Shown here piece by piece: positions 32,223-40,502 of a stretch of DNA of 64,000 nt. The position numbers and the translations under genes are program-made. This DNA is from Ensifer sp. (GTDB taxonomy: Bacteria; Pseudomonadota; Alphaproteobacteria; Rhizobiales; Rhizobiaceae), in the NCBI GenBank assembly GCA_035565055.1, contig DATMTA010000007.1, positions 19,349-83,348 of the forward strand, in the 5' to 3' direction. How positions within the stretch are numbered: position 1 is the stretch's first letter; every line of letters begins with the position of its first letter. A model generated the notes under the pieces. The model saw nothing but the letters and a program-made list of their open reading frames with translations. It did not search any database and was not told where the DNA came from.

Positions 32223-32558
32223 TCAGTCGTTTCGGCTGAACCCGTAGGCGCGCTCGACGCGCGCGATACGCATCTCATAGGTCCGGTACCACTCCTGCCG
32301 GCCCAGCCTCTGCGCCACGAGATGATCCAGATTCCGTTTCCACGCGCGGATCGAGTCTTCATCGCGCCAGAAAGAGTTGGTGATGCCAAAGCCATCCGCA
32401 CCGCGGGCACTTTCGACGCCAAGGAATCCCGGTTGCTGGCGCGCAAGCTGCTCCATCGCATCGGCCATGTCTCCATACCCGTTGTCGCCCTCCGTCCGTT
32501 GCGACGAGAAGCAGACAACGTAGTAGGGCGGTTCGGGAAGCTTCGCTTGGCCGCTCAT
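32223..32558 (-). CDS. Antibiotic biosynthesis monooxygenase (ABM) family protein
   Basis: PPYYVVCFSS, QPGFLGVES, GITNSFW, WYRTYEMRIARVERAY. Confidence 0.88.
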   Translation of the reverse strand: MSGQAKLPEPPYYVVCFSSQRTEGDNGYGDMADAMEQLARQQPGFLGVESARGADGFGITNSFWRDEDSIRAWKRNLDHLVAQRLGRQEWYRTYEMRIARVERAYGFSRND

Positions 32559-32573
32559 GGCGCTCGTTCCGTT

Positions 32574-33197
32574 CTATTTCAGGAAAGCGTCCGCCTCGGC
32601 GCGCTGCTGCGGCGAAGGCGTGATTCCGAGATAGGTCAGCATCTCGTCGCGCAGGGCAGGCTCGTTGCGGAGGCGCTCATAGGGGACCGTGAGATAGCCG
32701 TGATTGTTCTCGTGCAGCCATGTATAGGTCATCCCATAGACCTGCCGCGCACCGGTTTCACCAAAGGACATCGGCCAGTTGCGCCGCGCCCGTGTCGCCT
32801 CGATTTTGGCGAAGGGGCGGCTGACGACGACGATGCGGCAATCCGGCTCGATTTTCATGATTGTCGGCAGCATGAACGACTGCAGCGGATGCTTCAGCAC
32901 GATGAAGCGGCGACCGGCCTCGGCCGCCTTCTGCTTCTGCTTGGCGATCCAGTTGGCAAAGAAGGGTTCGAAGGCGTTGAAGCGCGGGGTGCTCTCCAGC
33001 GTATTCTCGTCGATGCACAGGCAGAGAACCTGCTTGTATTCCATCGGCTCGTAGGCATTCGGGGTGCGTTCGTCCACGGTATGGACATGGGGAGGGCAGG
33101 AATAGGCCCCGCATTTGTCGAGATAGCCGGCCACCGACGTGGAGCCGGAGCTCCAGGAAGCCAGAACGAGAATGATCTTGACGTCTTCCGCCTGCAC
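32574..33197 (-). CDS. Sulfotransferase-like P-loop protein (~207 aa)
   Basis: SWSSGSTSVAGYL (5'-PSB-like), LKHP, VVSRP, VPYERLRNEP; GTG start with GGAG RBS. Confidence 0.6.
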   Translation of the reverse strand: MQAEDVKIILVLASWSSGSTSVAGYLDKCGAYSCPPHVHTVDERTPNAYEPMEYKQVLCLCIDENTLESTPRFNAFEPFFANWIAKQKQKAAEAGRRFIVLKHPLQSFMLPTIMKIEPDCRIVVVSRPFAKIEATRARRNWPMSFGETGARQVYGMTYTWLHENNHGYLTVPYERLRNEPALRDEMLTYLGITPSPQQRAEADAFLK

Positions 33198-33279
33198 GCG
33201 CGAATCTCCATGAACAGTCGCGGAAATCTCGCAGCCGAAGCTTTCCTCAGGCCATTCTTGCAAATGCCACCTGAAACGC

Positions 33280-33306
33280 AAAAGGGCCGCCCGAGGGCAG
33301 CCCTTT
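33280..33306 (-). terminator. rplM-rpsI terminator
   Basis: Minus strand AAAGGGCTGCCC-TC-GGGCGGCCCTTTT. Confidence 0.75.
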
Positions 33307-33352
33307 CGAAAGTCCATAATCCGAAGCGCGAAGCGCCTCGAAAGTAAAGCGA

Positions 33353-33823
33353 TTAGCGCTTCGAGAACTGGAACGAACGGCGGGCCTTGGCCTTGCCGTA
33401 CTTCTTACGTTCAACAACGCGGCTGTCGCGCGTCAGGAAGCCGCCCTTCTTCAGGACCGCGCGCAGGCCCGGTTCGAAGTAGGTGAGAGCCTTGGAAATG
33501 CCGTGACGAACGGCACCGGCCTGACCGGAAAGACCACCGCCGGCAACCGTGGCGACGATGTCGATCTGGCCGCCGCGGGCAGCAGCAACGAGCGGCTGCT
33601 GCAGGATCATCTGCAGAACCGGACGTGCGAAATAGGCGCTGTAGTCCTTGCCGTTGACGATGATCTTGCCGGAGCCGGCCTTGACCCATACGCGAGCAAC
33701 AGCGTCCTTACGCTTGCCGGTGGCATAGGAGCGGCCCTGGGCATCGACCTTGCGGACGTGAGCCGGAGCAGCAGCAGCCTCGGAAGAGCCTGCGAGGGAC
33801 TTGAGAGCGGAAAGGTCAGCCAT
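33353..33823 (-). CDS. rpsI: 30S ribosomal protein S9
   Basis: [24 protein letters not shown]-terminal QFSKR. Confidence 0.99.
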   Translation of the reverse strand: MADLSALKSLAGSSEAAAAPAHVRKVDAQGRSYATGKRKDAVARVWVKAGSGKIIVNGKDYSAYFARPVLQMILQQPLVAAARGGQIDIVATVAGGGLSGQAGAVRHGISKALTYFEPGLRAVLKKGGFLTRDSRVVERKKYGKAKARRSFQFSKR

Positions 33824-33825
33824 GA

Positions 33826-34290
33826 TCAGGCGCTCCTGGTGTTCTTGGAATTCAGCTTGGCGACGTCAAGCGTGACGGGCTGCTGTGCTTCGTGCGGATG
33901 GTTCGTGCCGGCGTAAACGCGCAGGTTCTTCATCTGGCGACGGCCGAGCGGGCCGCGCGGGATCATGCGCTCAACGGCCTTCTCGATGACGCGTTCCGGG
34001 AACTTGCCTTCGATGATCTGGCGAGCCGTACGCTCCTTGATGCCGCCCGGGTAACCGGTGTGCCAGTAGTACTTCTTGTCGGTGTACTTCTTGCCGGTCA
34101 GGACTGCCTTTTCGGCATTGATGACGATGACGTTGTCGCCGTCGTCAACATGGGGGGTATAGGTAGCCTTGGTCTTGCCGCGGAGGTGCATGGCAATGAT
34201 GGTGGCGAGGCGGCCGACGACAAGCCCTTCGGCGTCGATCAGGATCCACTTCTTCTCCACCTCGGCAGGCTTCTGCATGAAGGTAGACAT
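33826..34290 (-). CDS. rplM: 50S ribosomal protein L13
   Basis: [37 protein letters not shown]. Confidence 0.99.
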   Translation of the reverse strand: MSTFMQKPAEVEKKWILIDAEGLVVGRLATIIAMHLRGKTKATYTPHVDDGDNVIVINAEKAVLTGKKYTDKKYYWHTGYPGGIKERTARQIIEGKFPERVIEKAVERMIPRGPLGRRQMKNLRVYAGTNHPHEAQQPVTLDVAKLNSKNTRSA

Positions 34291-34403
34291 ATCGGGTCTC
34301 TTTCGTTCAATCTCCGGAAACCGGAGCGTTTCTTGTTGCTTGAATTGGCAGCACGCCGCCAATAATGAAAGCGGCCCCGTTCGGGACCGCGTTCTGGGTT
34401 GGC

Positions 34404-34432
34404 TTATACGTGCGGTTGAGCACTGCGTCAAG
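34404..34432 (-). promoter_or_regulatory. Sigma70 promoter of rplM-rpsI
   Basis: CTTGAC-N17-GTATAA on the minus strand. Confidence 0.75.
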
Positions 34433-34487
34433 CGGACCGGTCTTAGTGGTCTGGAAAAATAGTTAAGCAAAAACAATGATTTGGTAT

Positions 34488-34507
34488 TGTGGTAATATTT
34501 TACCACA
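34488..34507. promoter_or_regulatory. Perfect palindrome TGTGGTAA-TATT-TTACCACA upstream of the rplM promoter
   Basis: Read directly; embedded in an AT-rich tract. Confidence 0.5.
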
Positions 34508-34516
34508 TAAAATCAC

Positions 34517-34942
34517 TTAATTTCCCGGCTGCGAGTAGGTCGCAGTGGCATGGGCGATCAGTTCGCGCGTGTCCACGCGTTCGATGGCAATCTCGATCAC
34601 GGAGAGCCGCTTGCCGATCTTCAGCACGCGGCCCACGCCGTCGAGCGGAACCGGATCGGGGCGGCTCAGAAAGTTGATGTTCATGTTGGCGGTGACCGCC
34701 ATGGCAACGGGGCCGATATGCGCGAGCAGCGTGACATAGGCCCCGACATCGGCGAGCGCGAACATGGCCGGCCCGCTCACGGTGCCGCCGGGCCGCAGGT
34801 GCAATTCGTTCGGCGTGAAGCGCAGCGTCGCGGTGCCGGAGGCCACGTTGATCACCTCGAAAATGCGCCCCTGGCTGTGAACCTGCGGGAATTCCCGCTC
34901 CAGAAAATCGTTGATCTGCTCGGCCGTTAGTACGGGTGTCAT
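34517..34942 (-). CDS. PaaI-family thioesterase
   Basis: HLRPGGTVSGPAMFALAD, MNINFL, IAHATATYS. Confidence 0.9.
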   Translation of the reverse strand: MTPVLTAEQINDFLEREFPQVHSQGRIFEVINVASGTATLRFTPNELHLRPGGTVSGPAMFALADVGAYVTLLAHIGPVAMAVTANMNINFLSRPDPVPLDGVGRVLKIGKRLSVIEIAIERVDTRELIAHATATYSQPGN

Positions 34943-34956
34943 TGCGGTCTCCTCCG

Positions 34957-35000
34957 GTTTATAACAAAAATGCATACGTGATTTTTGTTCAACTATAAAC
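34957..35000. promoter_or_regulatory. Nested AT-rich inverted repeat in the thioesterase/enoyl-CoA hydratase divergent promoter
   Basis: AACAAAAAT-N9-ATTTTTGTT within GTTTATA...TATAAAC. Confidence 0.5.
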
Positions 35001-35020
35001 AATTATATCCGGAGGAACCC

Positions 35021-35842
35021 ATGGCAGACGTCGTATCCCTGAAGGCCGATGGCGCGCCGAGCCCGCTGATCGTCGAGGAGGCAGACGGGATCTTGCGGCT
35101 GACGCTGAATTCGCCGCCGGCGAACGCGCTGTCGATTGCGATGATGGAAACGCTGAAGGCGGAGATCCTGCGGGCAGGGGCGGACAAGGCGGTCCGGGTC
35201 ATCATTCTCGCCGCGCGGGGCAAGGTCTTCTGCGCCGGCCATGACCTGAAGGAAATGACGGCGCATCGCGCCGATGCCGACCGGGGCCGGGCCTTCTTTG
35301 AAAAGACCTTCGCGCTCTGCGCCGAGCTGATGCTGACGATCACCCATTGCCCCAAGCCGGTCATCGCCGAAATCGAGGGACTGGCAACGGCAGCCGGCTG
35401 CCAGCTTGTTGCGACCTGCGATCTCGCCATTTGCACCGATACGGCGACCTTCTGCACGCCGGGCGTCAACATCGGCCTCTTCTGCTCGACGCCGATGGTC
35501 GCGGTTTCCCGCGCCGCGCATCGCAAGCAGGCGATGGAAATGCTGCTGACGGGCGAGACGATCGACGCCAGCAACGCCAAGGACTTCGGCCTCGTCAATC
35601 GCATCGTGCCGAAGGAATATCTGCGCCAGGTCGTCGACAAGTATGCGGCCGTCATCGCCTCGAAATCGCCGCTGACGCTCAAGATCGGCAAGGAAGCCTT
35701 CTACCGCCAGATCGATATGCCGCTCGAAGAGGCCTATGCCTATACCGGCCGCGTGATGACGGAAAACATGCTGGCGCGCGACGCGGAGGAGGGCATCGGC
35801 GCCTTCCTCGACAAGCGTCACCCGGAATGGACGGGCGAGTAA
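35021..35842 (+). CDS. Enoyl-CoA hydratase family protein
   Basis: FCAGHDL, ATAAGCQLVATCD, TPGVNIGLFCSTP, DAEEGIGAFLDKR. Confidence 0.93.
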   Translation: MADVVSLKADGAPSPLIVEEADGILRLTLNSPPANALSIAMMETLKAEILRAGADKAVRVIILAARGKVFCAGHDLKEMTAHRADADRGRAFFEKTFALCAELMLTITHCPKPVIAEIEGLATAAGCQLVATCDLAICTDTATFCTPGVNIGLFCSTPMVAVSRAAHRKQAMEMLLTGETIDASNAKDFGLVNRIVPKEYLRQVVDKYAAVIASKSPLTLKIGKEAFYRQIDMPLEEAYAYTGRVMTENMLARDAEEGIGAFLDKRHPEWTGE

Positions 35843-36792
35843 AGCGCCACCATTTTCGCAGCCATCTCGGCCATCATCTCACGCAGCTCCTGCGGCTCGA
35901 GCACTTCGATCTCCGGCCCCAGCCGCAGGAATTCGGTCGCGGCCTGCCGGGTGGAACCGGTGGGGACTGTCGCCTCGCGCCAGCCGTCCGGGCCCGGCTC
36001 GCCCATCTCCATGCGCCGGTTGGCATAGCCGCTGTTGAAATAGGGGAGCATCTGCGCGCCCCATTTCGAAAGCCGGACACGGGCGACATTGGGATGCATC
36101 TCCGCATCCAGCCGCTCGGTGCTTTCGCGCCAATGGGAGGCCAGATCGAAATCGCGCGGCGGCTCGAAGGTCTCGTCCGTCACGATCAGGTCGAGGATAC
36201 GTGCGATGCGATAGGTCAGCATCGCATCTTTGGTGCGGGCCACGAGATACCAGGCGCCGCCTTTCAGCACGAGGCCAAGCGGCTGCGTCTCGATCGTCTT
36301 TTCCTTGCGCCATGTCTGGTAACGCATCCGCACGACCTTGTGATTCCACACAGCATCGGTGATGGCTTCGAGATGCGCCGGCTGCTCGCTTTCGCCGAAC
36401 CAGGCCACCGTATCGAGATGGAATCGGCTACGCATCGCCGCCGCACTCCTCCGCAGGTCTTCGGGCAGGGCGACAGCAAGCTTCTTTTCCGCACTCGCCA
36501 TCACTGCGCCAAGCCCGAGATCGGCGGCGGGGCCGGGGAGGCCGCTCAGGAACAGCGCCTCCGCCTCCTTCGTCGAAAGTCCGTTCAACCGCACGCGATA
36601 GCCGTCGAGCAGCCGATAGCCGCCCTCCGGCCCGCGCTCGCTGTAGACCGGAATGCCGGCGAGCGAGAGCTGGTCGATGTCGCGATAGATGGTGCGCAAC
36701 GATACGCCATTCTCTTCGCTGAGCTCGGTGGCCGTCACGAGACCGCGCGCCTGCAGCGTTGTGAGTATGTTGATGAGGCGGCTTGCGCGCAT
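35818..36792 (-). CDS. YafY-family HTH + WYL-domain transcriptional regulator
   Basis: MRASRL, VSLRTIYRDIDQL, GPEGGY, PLGLVLKGGAWYL, YRIARI. Confidence 0.93.
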   Translation of the reverse strand: MRASRLINILTTLQARGLVTATELSEENGVSLRTIYRDIDQLSLAGIPVYSERGPEGGYRLLDGYRVRLNGLSTKEAEALFLSGLPGPAADLGLGAVMASAEKKLAVALPEDLRRSAAAMRSRFHLDTVAWFGESEQPAHLEAITDAVWNHKVVRMRYQTWRKEKTIETQPLGLVLKGGAWYLVARTKDAMLTYRIARILDLIVTDETFEPPRDFDLASHWRESTERLDAEMHPNVARVRLSKWGAQMLPYFNSGYANRRMEMGEPGPDGWREATVPTGSTRQAATEFLRLGPEIEVLEPQELREMMAEMAAKMVALYSPVHSG

Positions 36793-36813
36793 GTTTTAGC
36801 GGTTCCGAATTTT

Positions 36814-36881
36814 TGTCATCATGCTCCGACTAATATGACATATTCTGACAGGTATGGGGCGCTAGCCTGACATTATCGTCA
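36814..36881. promoter_or_regulatory. Cluster of TGACA/TGTCA elements, putative YafY-type operator
   Basis: TGTCAT-N15-ATGACA, TGACA-N5-TGACA, CTGACA repeated 22 nt apart, TGAC-N6-GTCA. Confidence 0.45.
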
Positions 36882-36901
36882 ATCAAGCGAGGAGAGAGAC
36901 C

Positions 36902-37552
36902 ATGACCAGCACCGACCGCATCACGCTTCACTACATGCCGCAGACCCGCGCCGCCGGCACGCGCATCATTCTGGAAGAACTCGGCGCGCCCTATGATTTG
37001 CATGTCATGAACATGAAGGCGGGGGAGAATCGCGAGCCCGGCTATCTGTCGATCAATCCGCTCGGCAAGGTTCCGGCCATCGAGCATCGCGGCAGGCTGG
37101 TGACGGAACAGATCGCCATCGCCATCTATCTCGGCGATCTCTTCCCGGAAGCCGGGCTGACGCCGGCGGTCGATGATCCGGATCGCGGTCCCTACCTGCG
37201 CTGGCTCGTCTACTACGCCGCCTGCTTCGAGCCGGCATTGATGGACAAGTTCCGCAATGTCGATCCCGGCCCTATCACGCAGTCCGTCTATGGAACCTAC
37301 GACCTGATGCTGGATACGCTGGAAGGTGCTCTTTCCAACGGACCTTATATTCTCGGCAACCGCCTGAGTCTTGCCGATATCCAGTGGGGCGTGGCGCTGC
37401 GATGGACGATGATGTTCGGCATCGTGCCCGAGCGCCCGCGCTTCGTGGAATATCGCGACCGCCTCATCGCACGCCCGTCCTTTGCAAAGGTGTGGAACGA
37501 AGACGCCGCCTTGGCCGAGAAGCACGCGGCTCTTGCCGCGGCAAAGGCCTAA
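36902..37552 (+). CDS. Glutathione S-transferase family protein
   Basis: INPLGKVP, TEQIAI, YILGNRLSLADI. Confidence 0.92.
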   Translation: MTSTDRITLHYMPQTRAAGTRIILEELGAPYDLHVMNMKAGENREPGYLSINPLGKVPAIEHRGRLVTEQIAIAIYLGDLFPEAGLTPAVDDPDRGPYLRWLVYYAACFEPALMDKFRNVDPGPITQSVYGTYDLMLDTLEGALSNGPYILGNRLSLADIQWGVALRWTMMFGIVPERPRFVEYRDRLIARPSFAKVWNEDAALAEKHAALAAAKA

Positions 37553-38385
37553 GCCAGCTTGAGCGCCAGCGCGCCGGCGGTAATGACGCCGCCGGCGAGG
37601 TAACGCCAGATGCTTCCGTTCTCGCGGAAGATGAAGACCGAGATCAGAAGCGCGAAGACGATGGACGTCTCGCGTAGCGTCGCCACGAGCGCGACGGGCG
37701 CCTTCGTCATTGCCCAGAGAGCGACACCGTATGAGCCTATGGACCCCGCGCCGCCAACTGCGGCCCGCCACCAGTTGACCTTGAGATGCTCGCGGACACG
37801 CACGCTGCCGCGCGAATAGAGCGCATAGCCGAAGAGCACGACGGGCGGCAGGATCGAGATCCACAGCACGTAGGAGATCGGATCATTGGCCGTGCGTGCG
37901 CCCCAGGCGTCGAAGAGCGTGTAGAGGCCGATCATCACTGCGTTGAGAAGCGCGAGCGCCGCTGCCTTCGCGCTGTTGGCCCGCACGCCGAGAGCCATGA
38001 TGAAGATGCCGCCGGAAATGCAGCCGATGCCGATCAGAGCGTGCGTGGAGATGCGTTCGCCGAAGATCGTGAAGCTCAAGGCGGTGACCACGAGGGGCGC
38101 TGCACCCCGCATCAGCGGATAAACAAGCGCGATGTCCCCCAGCCGGTAGCTGGCCGCGATCAGCAGGTAGTAGATCGTCTGCAAGACGACCGAGGCCACC
38201 AGGAACGGCAGGATCTGCCAGCCGGGTAGCGGGAAGAAGGGCAGGGCGCAAAGCGAAATCACCCCGGAGCCCAGTGAGATCATCGCGGTATTGAGAACCT
38301 TGTCGTCGCCGCCCTTGATGATGGCATTCCAGCTGGCATGAAAGAGTGCGCCAAGGAGCACAAGGAGCGCGATATCGATAGGCAA
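37549..38385 (-). CDS. EamA/DMT family transporter (start uncertain)
   Basis: LFHASWNAIIK, LVYPLMRG, VATLRETSI, 10 TM-like segments. Confidence 0.88.
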   Translation of the reverse strand: MPIDIALLVLLGALFHASWNAIIKGGDDKVLNTAMISLGSGVISLCALPFFPLPGWQILPFLVASVVLQTIYYLLIAASYRLGDIALVYPLMRGAAPLVVTALSFTIFGERISTHALIGIGCISGGIFIMALGVRANSAKAAALALLNAVMIGLYTLFDAWGARTANDPISYVLWISILPPVVLFGYALYSRGSVRVREHLKVNWWRAAVGGAGSIGSYGVALWAMTKAPVALVATLRETSIVFALLISVFIFRENGSIWRYLAGGVITAGALALKLA

Positions 38386-38527
38386 GGGAACACCGGCGGC
38401 ATGAAATATGACAGATGTGTGACAGTGCGCTGGCGTTGTCTTGCCGTCAAGCGGTCGCGGTTCTGCCGACTTGTCAGGGCATGAAGGACTCTGTATGGTC
38501 CGACCGAGTGAACATAAGGAGAACAAA

Positions 38528-38959
38528 TTGTCTCTCGATCCGCGTATTTCCCTCATCACCCTCGGGGTTGAGGATGTTCAGCGCTCGACGGAGTTCTATG
38601 AGCGCCTCGGCTGGAAGAAGAGTTCGGCGTCGCAGGACTCCATCACTTTCATCCAGCTGAAGGGAACTGTGCTAGCGCTTTTCACGCGTGCAGCACTCGC
38701 CGAGGATGCCCATGTCGAAGACACGCCGAAGGGCTTTTCCGGCGTGACGCTCGCCCACAATGTGTCCAGTGACATCGGGGTCGATGCCGTCTACAAATTT
38801 GCGTTGTCCTGTGGGGCAACCCCGGTCAAGCCGCCGGAGAAGGTCTTTTGGGGCGGCTATTCTGGCTATTTCGCTGATCCAGACGGACATCTGTGGGAGG
38901 TTGCCCACAATCCGTTCGTCCAGCAGGACGCATCGGGCCATCTCGTGCTGCCCGAATAA
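38528..38959 (+). CDS. VOC family protein
   Basis: PRISLITLGV, TLAHNV, FWGGYSGYFADPDGHLWEVA; TTG with AAGGAG RBS. Confidence 0.9.
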   Translation: MSLDPRISLITLGVEDVQRSTEFYERLGWKKSSASQDSITFIQLKGTVLALFTRAALAEDAHVEDTPKGFSGVTLAHNVSSDIGVDAVYKFALSCGATPVKPPEKVFWGGYSGYFADPDGHLWEVAHNPFVQQDASGHLVLPE

Positions 38960-38962
38960 GCC

Positions 38963-39301
38963 TTAACGCCGGCAGAAGACCGAGAAGATATCGTCGCAGG
39001 GGTCCGGCTCCTGGATGCAATGGAGCACGGGGCACTGCCCGTTCGCCGAGGGGATCGTTACCTCTTCCGCCACCTGATGTGGCCCGCAATAGGCTCCGCT
39101 GCGGACATAGCGGTCGTAAAGGGGAAGGTTCGCAACCCGCTTCGACGGATAGCGGAAGATGGCGGCCTTCTCTCTGGCGAGGATTCCGTGAATGCGCTCG
39201 CAGCTCATCCCGGTCGAGTTGTAACGCGAGATTGCGCCTGCATCGCCTGCGGTCAGGGTGACAGCGAGGGCAGCGGCTACAGGGAGCATGAACTTTATCA
39301 T
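38963..39301 (-). CDS. Small secreted cysteine-containing protein
   Basis: Signal peptide ending AGA-I; six Cys in the mature part; LYDRYV motif. Confidence 0.75.
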   Translation of the reverse strand: MIKFMLPVAAALAVTLTAGDAGAISRYNSTGMSCERIHGILAREKAAIFRYPSKRVANLPLYDRYVRSGAYCGPHQVAEEVTIPSANGQCPVLHCIQEPDPCDDIFSVFCRR

Positions 39302-39340
39302 CGGACTGCCCTTTCAATTCGGCTGAGGGAATTCGATATG

Positions 39341-39366
39341 AACGGTAGCAAGGGGCATTCTGTTCC
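39341..39366 (-). promoter_or_regulatory. EcfG/RpoE2 general-stress promoter GGAAC-N17-CGTT
   Basis: Exact consensus 40 nt upstream of the secreted Cys protein ATG. Confidence 0.65.
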
Positions 39367-39400
39367 CCGACAAGACGGCTTACTTATGACGGAGGACGGA

Positions 39401-39829
39401 ATGAACCACGACCAGTATCCCGATACGCTCATTCGCGAGATTTTGACATCGACGAGGACCATTGCGCTTGTGGGCGCTTCGCCGAAGCCTGAGCGACCGA
39501 GCTACGGTGTCATGGCAACGCTCCTCAAGCGTGGCTACACGGTAATCCCCGTCAATCCGGGGCAGGCTGGCAAGGCCATTCACGGCCAGACGGTGGTCGC
39601 AAACCTCGCCGACATCGATGTGCCGGTCGACATGATCGACGTCTTCCGTGCGCCTGAGCAGATGGGCGATGTGGTGGACGATGTCTTCCAGATGAAGACG
39701 TTGCCGCGCTACATCTGGGGCCAGCTTGGCGTGCGCAATGACGCGGCCGCGGCGCGGGCCGAGGAGAGGGGTATCACGGTCGTGATGAACCGCTGCCCCG
39801 CGATCGAGATTCCGCGCCTGGGCCTTTGA
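39401..39829 (+). CDS. CoA-binding protein (YccU-like)
   Basis: IALVGASPKPERPSYGV, VDMIDVFR, MNRCPAIE. Confidence 0.92.
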   Translation: MNHDQYPDTLIREILTSTRTIALVGASPKPERPSYGVMATLLKRGYTVIPVNPGQAGKAIHGQTVVANLADIDVPVDMIDVFRAPEQMGDVVDDVFQMKTLPRYIWGQLGVRNDAAAARAEERGITVVMNRCPAIEIPRLGL

Positions 39830-39839
39830 CCGGGGCTAT

Positions 39840-40280
39840 TCAGCCAGCCTGAAATTCAGGATGGGCGCGCAGTTCGCTCATCGTTTCATGGTTGGGACAG
39901 AAATGCGCGTAGTTCTCGGAGGCCGTCCCCGCGTCGAGCTCGTGGCGGCAGCGGCCCTTGTCCTCGCAGAGCGCGCAGGCCGTCTGTAGCCCGCGGAAAA
40001 GTCCCGGTTCGTCGTAGTGCACGGCATCCGGATCGATGTTGAGAGCCCGCATCAGCCGTTCCATGTCATCGGCCGCAGATGCACCGTTGCGAACGATGGC
40101 GGCCAGCATTTGCGGGTTCACGCCCACATCGGTCGCCAAAGCTGCAAGTCCCTGATCGCCCAGCGCAGACAATTCTTCCAGTTCTCGCGCAATTTCCTGC
40201 CTCTGGTGCCACCAGGTCTGAACCCGGTCACGAAGGCTTTCGAAGACGTTGTGTTCCATTTTGGCCATGGCGTGCGGCAT
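39840..40280 (-). CDS. DUF6455-like protein with CxxC-x4-C...CPN motif
   Basis: TACALCEDKGRC, FCPN; GAGGAG RBS. Confidence 0.7.
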   Translation of the reverse strand: MPHAMAKMEHNVFESLRDRVQTWWHQRQEIARELEELSALGDQGLAALATDVGVNPQMLAAIVRNGASAADDMERLMRALNIDPDAVHYDEPGLFRGLQTACALCEDKGRCRHELDAGTASENYAHFCPNHETMSELRAHPEFQAG

Positions 40281-40335
40281 AGGTCTCTCCTCAACTTGCT
40301 ATACGCCATTTTTCATCCGCTCGCGCTTTGTCGCC

Positions 40336-40349
40336 TTGATCCTGATCAA
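40336..40349. promoter_or_regulatory. FNR/FixK box TTGAT-CCTG-ATCAA
   Basis: Perfect consensus 56 nt upstream of the DUF6455-like ATG. Confidence 0.75.
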
Positions 40350-40502
40350 GTCCGCGACCGCGTTTCTTTGGCTAGACCCATCGGCATGGCGGCTTTCCAA
40401 TTTTGCCCGCTGAATTAGACAATAAATCCTCGCACGGCTCCAAATGACCTGTTACCCGTACCATCCTCGGTTTCAAGAAACGTCTCTTCGGGAGGAATAA
40501 CG

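Noticed and set aside
31796-32518. 240-aa ORF extending the mini-rod protein N-terminally
   Set aside because: Extension overlaps the ABM gene out of frame on the same strand; homology starts at ATG 32125
40350-40502. SAM-II or SAM/SAH riboswitch before metY
   Set aside because: Conserved GATTT...GCTAAA elements not found
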